Positions 9,720 to 18,480 of a stretch of 64,000 nt of DNA are shown piece after piece. Within the stretch, counting starts at the first letter, position 1; each line of letters begins with the position of its first letter. A program made the translations under genes and the position numbers. Source of the DNA: Patescibacteria group bacterium (GTDB taxonomy: Bacteria; Patescibacteriota; Gracilibacteria; UBA1369; UBA12470); the NCBI GenBank assembly GCA_018816885.1, contig JAHIUS010000021.1:39092-103091 (forward strand). The letters are read 5' to 3'. The notes beneath the pieces were generated by a model. That model saw only the letters and a program-made list of their open reading frames with translations, was not told the origin of the DNA and did no database searches.

Positions 9720-10325
9720 CTACTTCAAAACCCCAAATATCCCCTTAAACTTCCCATGATCCTTATGAGCATAAGTCAAACCGTAAACGCGACTTTCTCC
9801 AAGAATAACCAGGTGAACGGTAGTTGTTTTGACCGAATGATTGAAGTAAAAAGAGGCCTCGCCATACATATTTACCTCATTAACGGACCCACTCTCAGGC
9901 TGGGCAACACCGCTTTCCCGTAAATCGGTATAAATTGTGAAAGCCTCCGTCGGATTCTCACAAACTATCTCATAAAGCCCGCCAACGTACTCCTCACCCT
10001 CAAGAATCTCCCAGTAATAAGGCTCGGAAGCTTGGCTTTCATATTCAAGAAAAGAAAAAACCGATGAAAAATCCTTCGACCTCAGCTCAACCCCTTCGCT
10101 GAATCCAAAAGACTCATAATCAAGCCCGCTCAAAAACGTAACAGGAGCAACTTCTTCAACCTCAATTTCCTCAGCAACTTCTTCACTAATAGACTCCTCA
10201 CTCACTTGGGACTGGGTACTTGGTACTTGAGACTCACTATCCAAATAATCATTAACAACAAGTTCCCCGACAGTGATGATGACAACTGCAGAGAGAATTA
10301 TCGTGAAGATCGTGAATTTGTGCAT
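9720..10325 (-). CDS. Hypothetical membrane-anchored acidic protein
   Basis: 201-aa ORF with N-terminal TM; codon style matches neighbours. Confidence 0.75.
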   Translation of the reverse strand: MHKFTIFTIILSAVVIITVGELVVNDYLDSESQVPSTQSQVSEESISEEVAEEIEVEEVAPVTFLSGLDYESFGFSEGVELRSKDFSSVFSFLEYESQASEPYYWEILEGEEYVGGLYEIVCENPTEAFTIYTDLRESGVAQPESGSVNEVNMYGEASFYFNHSVKTTTVHLVILGESRVYGLTYAHKDHGKFKGIFGVLK

Positions 10326-10489
10326 CTGTTAGCTTTTAACTTCTGATAAAAAACTACCAGAAAACTAAAAAAGCTGCAATTTATTCAGATATATACTATG
10401 AATTTTCTAAGTACTCATCTGACCGGAAGAATATATAAGTGTGATAGGATATGCTCAAAATTTTCGCAAAACCTTCTTGTTCCTGAGGA

Positions 10490-10699
10490 TCATCGGAGAA
10501 AGGATAGTTTTTGGGCAGCATTTACTTCCTTACGACATCTTTCTCTAAACATTTTAGAAATTTCCTCAGGAGAAAGAGCCATAGCTTTTTCACGAGAAAG
10601 CTCTGTCAAATCGACGAATATACCACGCTTCATCAAGAGCTGTCGCATACGTTCAATATTATTGTAAGGACCTTCTTCATTCAGTTTGGGAGTATTCAT
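10490..10699 (-). CDS. Small hypothetical protein
   Basis: ATG at 10699 (MNTPKLNEEG...), AT-rich, co-oriented with nusG. Confidence 0.45.
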   Translation of the reverse strand: MNTPKLNEEGPYNNIERMRQLLMKRGIFVDLTELSREKAMALSPEEISKMFRERCRKEVNAAQKLSFLR

Positions 10700-10768
10700 T
10701 GATAAATATTTTTTAATAAAAATAAGGCAAAAATATACCACAACTACAGCTACTTCTACAACTAAACT

Positions 10769-11314
10769 TTACTTCTTCTTAACCTGAGTAAAGTCGAGCT
10801 CAACAGGCGTTTCTCTTCCGAAGATAGTGATGAGAACTTTGATTTTACCTTTTTCCTCATCAACCATATCGATAAGACCTTCATAATTGGCGAAAGGTCC
10901 GTCAAGAACAGCAACATTGTCACCCTTGGCAAAGTCGATCTTGAACTTAGGATCCTGCTGACCCATATGTCTCCTGATAACCTTGAATTCCTCAGCGGAA
11001 ACGGGGACGGGAATAGTTCCTGATCCGACAAATCCGGTAACATTCGGAGTATTTCTTACAACATACCAAGATTCATCATCAACGATCATGTCTACAAGCA
11101 CATAACCCGGGAAAAGCCTCTTCTTCTCGGTCTTGGGCTGATTGTTTTTGATGACGATTTGAGTCTCTTTCGGGACAACAACATCGAAGATAGTGTCTTG
11201 CATATTCATAGTTTCGATCCTCTGGATCAGAGCTTCACGCACAGCATCTTCATATCCCGAGTAAGTATGAACCACATACCAGTTTCGACCTGTTCCTTTA
11301 GCTTGTTTTGCCAT
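10769..11314 (-). CDS. nusG: Transcription termination/antitermination factor NusG
   Basis: WYVVHTYSGYE, FPGYVLV, VRNTPNVTGFVG, IFGRETPVEL. Confidence 0.98.
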   Translation of the reverse strand: MAKQAKGTGRNWYVVHTYSGYEDAVREALIQRIETMNMQDTIFDVVVPKETQIVIKNNQPKTEKKRLFPGYVLVDMIVDDESWYVVRNTPNVTGFVGSGTIPVPVSAEEFKVIRRHMGQQDPKFKIDFAKGDNVAVLDGPFANYEGLIDMVDEEKGKIKVLITIFGRETPVELDFTQVKKK

Positions 11315-11322
11315 GATTTAAA

Positions 11323-11358
11323 TAGTAGATAGTAGAGTGTAGATAACAGATAACAGAG
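11323..11358. repeat. Heptamer array
   Basis: GTAGATA GTAGAGT GTAGATA ACAGATA ACAGAG between secE and nusG. Confidence 0.75.
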
Positions 11359-11359
11359 A

Positions 11360-11551
11360 TTATTTGGCCAGGTTAATAAGTTCTTGAATCCCGAGCCCGA
11401 AAACATAATCCAAAACTCCTAGAAATATAGCGACAACAATACAAACAGCAAAAACAATAAGAGAGAGAATGACAGCCTGATTCTTGGTTGGCCAAGTAAC
11501 TTTCTTAATATCGTCGAAGCTGTCTTTAATGTACTGTAAGAGTTTCTTCAT
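11360..11551 (-). CDS. secE: Preprotein translocase subunit SecE
   Basis: KKVTWPT motif plus one TM helix, upstream of nusG. Confidence 0.93.
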   Translation of the reverse strand: MKKLLQYIKDSFDDIKKVTWPTKNQAVILSLIVFAVCIVVAIFLGVLDYVFGLGIQELINLAK

Positions 11552-11769
11552 AATTTTAAAATAAATTTATATCTGGGAGCAAAATACCTTTAAAAGGCCC
11601 CCGGGGCAATCTGACAATGAGAATTGTAGTATATTTTCAAAAAAAAGCAATATTTATTTGCTTCTGACCTGGGAAAAATGGTAAAATAACAAGAGGAATC
11701 AAAGTTATCCCTGCGCCAAAAAATACAAAAAGCCGTTTTGCCTCCGGTAAAACACCACCACACAACAAG

Positions 11770-12699
11770 ATGAAAAAACAAAAACGAACATATTTAAAAA
11801 CATTCATAGTTGCTGCAATCCTGATAGGAGTAATCATTTATTTTATAATAAACTCTCCATTATCGGCGGCGGACTTCTTGAATTTGCCAGATGCGGAGAA
11901 TTTCGGTGATGTGCCTGATCCGGAAGGAGCGACAGCAGTAGAAAAAGCGGGTAATTTGGCTGCAAGCCTGATGAGGATAGCCAGAATTATACTGGCTGCG
12001 GTTGGGATAGGGCTTATCGTAATGTATGGGTTCATTCTTGTGATAACGGGTCACAATGAAGAGTCGGTTGGCAAGCAGAAGAAGGCTCTTCTCTGGGCGA
12101 TTGTGGGGTTTGCACTTTTGAGTGTGGCTGCAACGGTTGGCGATATATTTAACTTTGGACAAGGCAGTTTTGTCGGGAGCGGGGAGTTAATAATGGAAAG
12201 GGCGGGGATTTTTAACGATACGGTTACAACTATAGTAACTTTTCTTAAATATGTCCTGGGAAGTGTTGCGGTATTTATGATAGTTCAGTCGGCTTTCACG
12301 ATGATTACAGCCGGAGATAAAGAAGAGGCGATTACCAATGAAAGGAAGCAGGTAATAGGAGCGGTCGCCGGGATTGTAATAATATTGGTTGCGGAATTTT
12401 TTGTGAGAAGAGTCCTTTTCAAAATCGATCCGGATGCGGGATACGATACGGCAATGGTCACAATAGATACCCGTGCAGGTTTGACGGAGATAGTTGCGGT
12501 AACCAACTTCCTGGTTTCATTTGTTGGGCCCGTGATGATTTTGGGAATTGTTGGAGGAGGGCTGATGTACGCTCTTTCGGGAGGTGATGAAGAGAAGTCC
12601 GGTAAGGCTAAGAAAATAATTGTAAATTCTATAATAGGAGCGATTATTATATATGGAGCTTTTGCAATAGTTTCCACGGTAATTTCAGGAGTAATTTAA
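11770..12699 (+). CDS. Multi-pass protein with three TrbC/VirB2-type pilin-like units
   Basis: Three TM-charged loop-TM units (GFILVITGHNEESVGKQKK; AFTMITAGDKEEAITNERK; GGLMYALSGGDEEKSGKAKK). Confidence 0.75.
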   Translation: MKKQKRTYLKTFIVAAILIGVIIYFIINSPLSAADFLNLPDAENFGDVPDPEGATAVEKAGNLAASLMRIARIILAAVGIGLIVMYGFILVITGHNEESVGKQKKALLWAIVGFALLSVAATVGDIFNFGQGSFVGSGELIMERAGIFNDTVTTIVTFLKYVLGSVAVFMIVQSAFTMITAGDKEEAITNERKQVIGAVAGIVIILVAEFFVRRVLFKIDPDAGYDTAMVTIDTRAGLTEIVAVTNFLVSFVGPVMILGIVGGGLMYALSGGDEEKSGKAKKIIVNSIIGAIIIYGAFAIVSTVISGVI

Positions 12700-12703
12700 A
12701 AAC

Positions 12704-13654
12704 ATGAACTTTCTAAAATCTTTCCTGGTTTTCTCGATACTGCTTATGATTATGGTAGGGGTTATGCCCGTTATCAAAGCGGAAATCCCTCAGGCGGACT
12801 CCGCAACTTATGAAAATCTTCTGGAGAATGCGGGCGATAAGGTGGATTTACCGAATTATGAAGAAACGGGAGTACATGATAAAGCTTTTGATGAAGACGG
12901 TTTAAGAGGAATAACAGGAGGGCTTTACTATGTCCTGGATTTTATGAAGTACATTTTGGGGGGGCTCGCGGTGATTTTTATAGTGGTATCGGCATATAAA
13001 CTGTTCCTTGCGGGGAAAAGCTCGGAAGAAGAGATCACCAAACAAAAAACTTATCTTGTATGGGCAACGGTGGGGTTGCTTGTTGTGTTTACGGCGGACA
13101 CGATTGTGAAAGACATGTTCTTCGGGGCGGAAGGAGAAATACTTGCAGGGGATCGGGATCAAACCCTGGAATTCGCTCAAAGAACTGCAAGAACTTTGCA
13201 GGGGATATATATGCTTTTGGAGACATTCATAGGTTCGGTTGCGGTATTCATGATCGCTTATGAAGGATTCAGGATAGTAACGATGTCTTATAACGACGAG
13301 CAAGTTACCAAGTCCAAGAACCATGTTTTTTGGTCGATCATTGCGCTTTTTATGATAGGGATATCCGAATTTCTGGTTAAAGATGTTATATTCAACTACA
13401 TACCGGGAGAAGGGGTGCAAATAGGGGTAAAAGAGGGGCAGTACCTTCTTGCGAGCATAACCAACTTCGTATCGGCGCTAATAGGTTTTGTATCTGTTGC
13501 AATGATAATCTATGGTGGGTATCTCTATGTGTTTGCGGGAGCAAGTGAAGAGAATACAGCCAAGGCCAAAAAGGTAATTATCGGTGCGGTTATAGGAATA
13601 ATTATGGCCGGAAGCGCTTATGCGATAACCGCATCAGTGTTGGCGATTGATTAA
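12704..13654 (+). CDS. Multi-pass protein with three TrbC/VirB2-type pilin-like units (paralog of the preceding gene)
   Basis: Signal peptide; units AYKLFLAGKSSEEEITKQK, GFRIVTMSYNDEQVTKSK, GGYLYVFAGASEENTAKAKK. Confidence 0.75.
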   Translation: MNFLKSFLVFSILLMIMVGVMPVIKAEIPQADSATYENLLENAGDKVDLPNYEETGVHDKAFDEDGLRGITGGLYYVLDFMKYILGGLAVIFIVVSAYKLFLAGKSSEEEITKQKTYLVWATVGLLVVFTADTIVKDMFFGAEGEILAGDRDQTLEFAQRTARTLQGIYMLLETFIGSVAVFMIAYEGFRIVTMSYNDEQVTKSKNHVFWSIIALFMIGISEFLVKDVIFNYIPGEGVQIGVKEGQYLLASITNFVSALIGFVSVAMIIYGGYLYVFAGASEENTAKAKKVIIGAVIGIIMAGSAYAITASVLAID

Positions 13655-13658
13655 GGGC

Positions 13659-13687
13659 TTGAGTTGTGGGCGCTTTTTTGGTATAAT
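13659..13687 (+). promoter_or_regulatory. Sigma70-type promoter (extended -10)
   Basis: TTGAGT-N17-TATAAT with TG upstream of the -10. Confidence 0.7.
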
Positions 13688-13718
13688 TAAGAGATTAATA
13701 ATACTAAAAACACACCCC

Positions 13719-16700
13719 ATGAAAACAAAAAAAATCCTCCCAAAGCCCATTGTCGGGTTTGTGCTGATGGTTCTGGCATTATTTATGCCGCTTTCCGCAG
13801 CAGCTTTCGACCTTGATTTCGGTGCCGTTGAAGATGCGTTCTGTGACGAAATGGAATCCGATACCGGCGGGATTCTCAATTGCGGCGACAACTACTACGA
13901 AATAACAAGCTTTACAGAGTATCAGGGTTCATTTGAAGCTCCTGACGCCGCAGGTTATGATCCGGGTCTTACCAAGGCAAAAAGCGCACGAGAATTCATA
14001 CTGAATGTGACAAATTTCGCACTTTCTTTCTTGGGGTTAATCGCGATTATTTTCATAATTTACGGAGGGTTTATGTACGTTACCGCAGGAGGTAAAGACG
14101 AACAGATGGAGAAGGGGAAGAAATCTGTTATGTATGCGGTTGCAGGTATCATTGTGGTGCTTTCCTCATACGCGATAGTGAACACCTTGATAGGAGAAGC
14201 TGCGGGAGGAGGAGAGGATCGTGGACAAGGGGGAGTGTACTCTGCGGGGGAAGGGGTAACGGGAGAAGAAGCAGACATTTACAACGTGAATGCGATATCA
14301 AACGAGCTGCAGGCGATTACCAGGGGGTATCTGGAGCTTTACACTATATATTCGAATGTTTATCAGTACATAGACTTTGCGGAAGATCAGCCGTATCCGA
14401 ATATTGAGTCAGTTGTGACTATCGGGGATACTTCCGGGTATGATGATGAAGAGGTTTTGAGAGATGTTCAGGATCATGCCCTTATGATCAAAGAGCTGGC
14501 GACAGACATTCTCGATATGGTTGATAGATACAGCGAAACTTACGATGCCGCACTGGAACTTCAGGAGTACTCTTCTGCGGTTTTGGATAACATAAGCGAA
14601 TATTATAATTATAATTTACCTTCAATATCTTTTATTCCAAAAGCATACGCCTACTCGGATAGCGGAGATCTTGATCTTTATGAAGGATATATTTCTAACG
14701 GACTAACTTACCTGAAAGAAGCTGCCGCGGCGGATTATGAAGAAGGCGTGATCGGTTATGAAAAGCAGTTGATAACACTTCAGTCACTATTTGATTTGGA
14801 CCTTTACGTCGCCAATACAGATGATGGCTCGGGATCAATAAAACAATTAGGGTCAACATTGACTGCGGTAAATCAAAAGTTTGTAGATATACTGGGATAC
14901 TTCATGGAAGGAGGAGACGCCAGACAAGATAACATGAATGAGTTTGTGGATAATTCGGTGCTTAGAGATATTGTTCAGGAGATGGGTGAAATATATGCAA
15001 TGGTGGAAAACCTTGATTTTGCAACTTCTGTAATCACGGCGAGCGTGAGAGAAGAAAACGCTCCTGCAGTAATAAGCTTTAACGGACTAAGTTCATACGA
15101 CCCAAGTGACAAAACAATCCAAAGCTACCAATACCATTGGGATCTTGATGGCGATGGAGAGTACAACGAACTTGGAGATACGGAATGCCAGGAAGTAAAC
15201 GAGCCTACGGTAAGTTGTACATACAGAGATACCGGAACATACAGGGTTGGATTGCGTATCTTGAGCTCTGACGAAAACATAGGTCCCGGACAAAGCTATG
15301 TAAGCGTGACTGTTCAGCCGCCGACTTCTCAGATAGTTTTGACTGCAAAAACAGGCTCCGGAAAAGGCGATTCAATCAAACTCGCAGACTATTCGGCCAA
15401 TATCGACAGAAGTAAAACCAAGTTCACACTTGTAGAAGGTGTGGCTGGGATAACAATGGATATGGAAGGAACTCTTGACGGCAACGGGGACGCTACGATT
15501 TCCCACAAACTTAATTGTGGAAACGGCGAAGAGTTCGAAAGCGAAAGCCTTATTTCGGAAACATGTGTTTATACGGATGAAGGATCTTATGACCTTTCTG
15601 TCGAAGTTCGAGATGTTATAGGGAATACAGACAGATATCTCGGAAAAATCGTGATAGCTTCTCCTGCAGCAAGAATCATACCTTCAGCGACACTTCTTGA
15701 TATAGGAGGTGTTCTCGGATTGGACGGTTCATCTTCAACAACAGATACGGGGTCGATAATTCAGTACGACTGGTTCATAGTTGAAAACGGAGTAGAAGAA
15801 GGAATAGGCAATGGAAGTGAATCAGAACACCAATTCGCAAGACCGGGTGAATATACCGTAAGTCTTGAGGTGTTGGATAGCGCCGGCGAAATCGATATAG
15901 ACAGTGTAGATATTACAGTCGACTCTCAACCGCCGGTCGCAAAATTTACATACGAAATGCCTGATCCTACTCAGCCGGGAACGGTTCACTTCGATGCAAG
16001 TGATAGTTACGACCCGGATCAGGGAGATGTGATTTCTTACAAATGGGAGTTTGAAGGAGAGGAAGGAAAAGATTTTGAATATGTTGATAATACGGATGAA
16101 AACTCGGAAAAACCTATTGTTAAATTCTCGGAAGCCGGAGAGAAATCTCTAATTCTCGGGGTAAGTGATGATTATGAAAATGAAAACCTCAAAAAAACCA
16201 CAACTTTGGAAGGAAAATTCGAAGTAGATTCAGTTCTTGATGTTTATTTAAATATGCCATCGGGAGTTGCTTATCAGCTTGAAGAAACGGGAGTAGTGGT
16301 AACATTTTCGGCTCAAAGTGAAAACGCAGTGGCCTTCGAAATCGACTACGATGACGGAGATTCCGATGTTACGGAATCAATAATCGGCAACAACGCATTT
16401 TTCACACACACATACTCAGAAGCGGGAACATATAGAGTGCAACTGACGGCTTACGATGAGCAAGACAACGAAAACTACTACACTAAAAAAGTCTACATCG
16501 GAGACGCAGACAGCCCGATAGCGGTGATACAAGCCTCAAAAGACGGGAATGATGTCGCGAGCTTGGATGCAAAAGGCAACATAAACACAGTCTTCACATT
16601 CAACGCCGGCCAATCTAAGAATACAGATGGCTCATCAAGAAAACTTGATTACAGCTGGGATCTTGGAGACAACACAAACAGCACCGAGAAAAAGGTGACT

Positions 16701-18467
16701 CATACATACGATGAAGTTGGCAAATACATAGTAACCCTCACCGTAACAGATGAGGATGACCCAACCGCAACATCTAAAGATACATTCAATATAGAAGTAT
16801 CGGAAGAACCACCGGTCATAACAGGCCTATCTTATCAGGTTACTTCGGATACTCTCGTAACCCCTGTTGATGTGAATCTAAGAGTCGATGCATCAGACCC
16901 CGATGGAAGTATAACCAACTATTACTGGTATTACTATGATATCAATAACAGTACCCAGAAACTTGGAGCTCAAATCACAACCGACGATATGGTTAGTATT
17001 ACAATCCCTACGAGAGGGAATAGCGGAGAGAGCAAAACTTATGCATTTGTAGTTGAGATAACAGATACAGGTAATAATACGGTTACAAGTGCGGATACAT
17101 TTGATGAGGATGAAGTTCCTGTTTTAAAAGTTACAAATGGACAAAACGCGGCGCCGATCGCGGAATTCAGCGTTAGCGATACACTTATAATGCTTGGTGA
17201 AACGGTAACGCTGGCAAGCAGTTCTTATGATCCGGACGGTGACGATATGATGTATGTATGGGACATTGAAGGAGACGGGTTCCATAACAACGAAGAAACG
17301 GGAAAAGCAACGATAACGTTGGAACCTGAGCAGGTAGGTTGTTTCGAAGTCAGATTAAAAGTTATAGATGAAAAAGAACAAGCCTCGGTAGCTCCGAACA
17401 AAGCCGAAATATGTGTCGAGACATTGGCGAGTGCGCCCGAAGCGGCTTTCACTTACACGGTTGACACTCTCGAAGTAAATTTTAACAATAAATCAACAGC
17501 CGACGAAGATAACGGAGCGGAGATTTATGCGATCCATTGGGATTTTGATACGGACGAAGACTCGAACGGGAACGGCGATACAAAGGACGATATCGACTCG
17601 CAGGAAGAAACGCCAACCCATACATATTCTGAAATTGGAAGTTACGGGGTGAAGCTCACGGCTTACGACAATGCGGGCGGAATTGATGAAGTCGAGCACA
17701 CAATAATAATCGCGGAAACAGAGCCCCCAACGGCGGCTTTTACCTATGAAGCGGAAGATCTGTCGGTAGCTTTCAAAAACAACTCTCAATCGGATGGAGC
17801 GGAAGTGCAAATTGTATCTCATGTGTGGGATTTCAACACGGATGTTGATTCCGACGGAGACGGGGACAATGCAAACGACGAAGACTCTTACGAGGAGAAT
17901 CCAACCAATGCATACGACAATTACGGAGATTATACAGTAAAACTTACAGTTCTTGACTCGATGAACAAGGAAGATTTCGTAACAAGAACGGTTGAGCTGA
18001 CAGAGCAACAGGAATTAATCGGCTATATACTGACAAACCCTGTTCCTTCAGTAGAGGACGATCATAAGATATATCTGCCAAGTCCGGGAGGATATATACA
18101 GATAAATTACTCGACCAACCGTGACAGCGGAGATGGAGTAACCTGTTGGCTGGATAAAAATGTTTATTATGATACAGATGGTGATGGGGTGAAAAACAAC
18201 GATCATGACTATGAAGACGCAGCTTGTATGAGCGGTGTGTTCAGCGATGTTTACTTCGAGGAAAGTTGGGGTCTTGTCGTGATGCAGTTCACCGTTGAGG
18301 ATGAGTTCGATAATCATTATGACATTACAAAAGAAATACTCTTCCAAAATATGGGAGGAGCAAATCTATTCCCCGTGTCGGGGTCGCAAGGTTTTGTTCT
18401 TATGATAGTGGCACTCTCATTTGCACTTTTGGGAGCAAGTATTTACACTGTTAAGAGGATAACCTAA
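13719..18467 (+). CDS. Giant surface protein: pilin-like unit, helical region, about 10-11 PKD-type Ig repeats, C-terminal TM
   Basis: ATG at 13719 after the promoter; signal SAAA|FD; YGGFMYVTAGGKDEQMEKGKK; repeated F.G/A..S..Y.WD..DG and HTY...G.Y.V.L motifs; DxDxDG loops. Confidence 0.85.
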   Translation: MKTKKILPKPIVGFVLMVLALFMPLSAAAFDLDFGAVEDAFCDEMESDTGGILNCGDNYYEITSFTEYQGSFEAPDAAGYDPGLTKAKSAREFILNVTNFALSFLGLIAIIFIIYGGFMYVTAGGKDEQMEKGKKSVMYAVAGIIVVLSSYAIVNTLIGEAAGGGEDRGQGGVYSAGEGVTGEEADIYNVNAISNELQAITRGYLELYTIYSNVYQYIDFAEDQPYPNIESVVTIGDTSGYDDEEVLRDVQDHALMIKELATDILDMVDRYSETYDAALELQEYSSAVLDNISEYYNYNLPSISFIPKAYAYSDSGDLDLYEGYISNGLTYLKEAAAADYEEGVIGYEKQLITLQSLFDLDLYVANTDDGSGSIKQLGSTLTAVNQKFVDILGYFMEGGDARQDNMNEFVDNSVLRDIVQEMGEIYAMVENLDFATSVITASVREENAPAVISFNGLSSYDPSDKTIQSYQYHWDLDGDGEYNELGDTECQEVNEPTVSCTYRDTGTYRVGLRILSSDENIGPGQSYVSVTVQPPTSQIVLTAKTGSGKGDSIKLADYSANIDRSKTKFTLVEGVAGITMDMEGTLDGNGDATISHKLNCGNGEEFESESLISETCVYTDEGSYDLSVEVRDVIGNTDRYLGKIVIASPAARIIPSATLLDIGGVLGLDGSSSTTDTGSIIQYDWFIVENGVEEGIGNGSESEHQFARPGEYTVSLEVLDSAGEIDIDSVDITVDSQPPVAKFTYEMPDPTQPGTVHFDASDSYDPDQGDVISYKWEFEGEEGKDFEYVDNTDENSEKPIVKFSEAGEKSLILGVSDDYENENLKKTTTLEGKFEVDSVLDVYLNMPSGVAYQLEETGVVVTFSAQSENAVAFEIDYDDGDSDVTESIIGNNAFFTHTYSEAGTYRVQLTAYDEQDNENYYTKKVYIGDADSPIAVIQASKDGNDVASLDAKGNINTVFTFNAGQSKNTDGSSRKLDYSWDLGDNTNSTEKKVTHTYDEVGKYIVTLTVTDEDDPTATSKDTFNIEVSEEPPVITGLSYQVTSDTLVTPVDVNLRVDASDPDGSITNYYWYYYDINNSTQKLGAQITTDDMVSITIPTRGNSGESKTYAFVVEITDTGNNTVTSADTFDEDEVPVLKVTNGQNAAPIAEFSVSDTLIMLGETVTLASSSYDPDGDDMMYVWDIEGDGFHNNEETGKATITLEPEQVGCFEVRLKVIDEKEQASVAPNKAEICVETLASAPEAAFTYTVDTLEVNFNNKSTADEDNGAEIYAIHWDFDTDEDSNGNGDTKDDIDSQEETPTHTYSEIGSYGVKLTAYDNAGGIDEVEHTIIIAETEPPTAAFTYEAEDLSVAFKNNSQSDGAEVQIVSHVWDFNTDVDSDGDGDNANDEDSYEENPTNAYDNYGDYTVKLTVLDSMNKEDFVTRTVELTEQQELIGYILTNPVPSVEDDHKIYLPSPGGYIQINYSTNRDSGDGVTCWLDKNVYYDTDGDGVKNNDHDYEDAACMSGVFSDVYFEESWGLVVMQFTVEDEFDNHYDITKEILFQNMGGANLFPVSGSQGFVLMIVALSFALLGASIYTVKRIT

Positions 18468-18480
18468 AACAAAAATAAAA

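Noticed and set aside
11552-11769. tRNA-Trp often found upstream of secE
   Set aside because: No cloverleaf or T-loop motif in this spacer.
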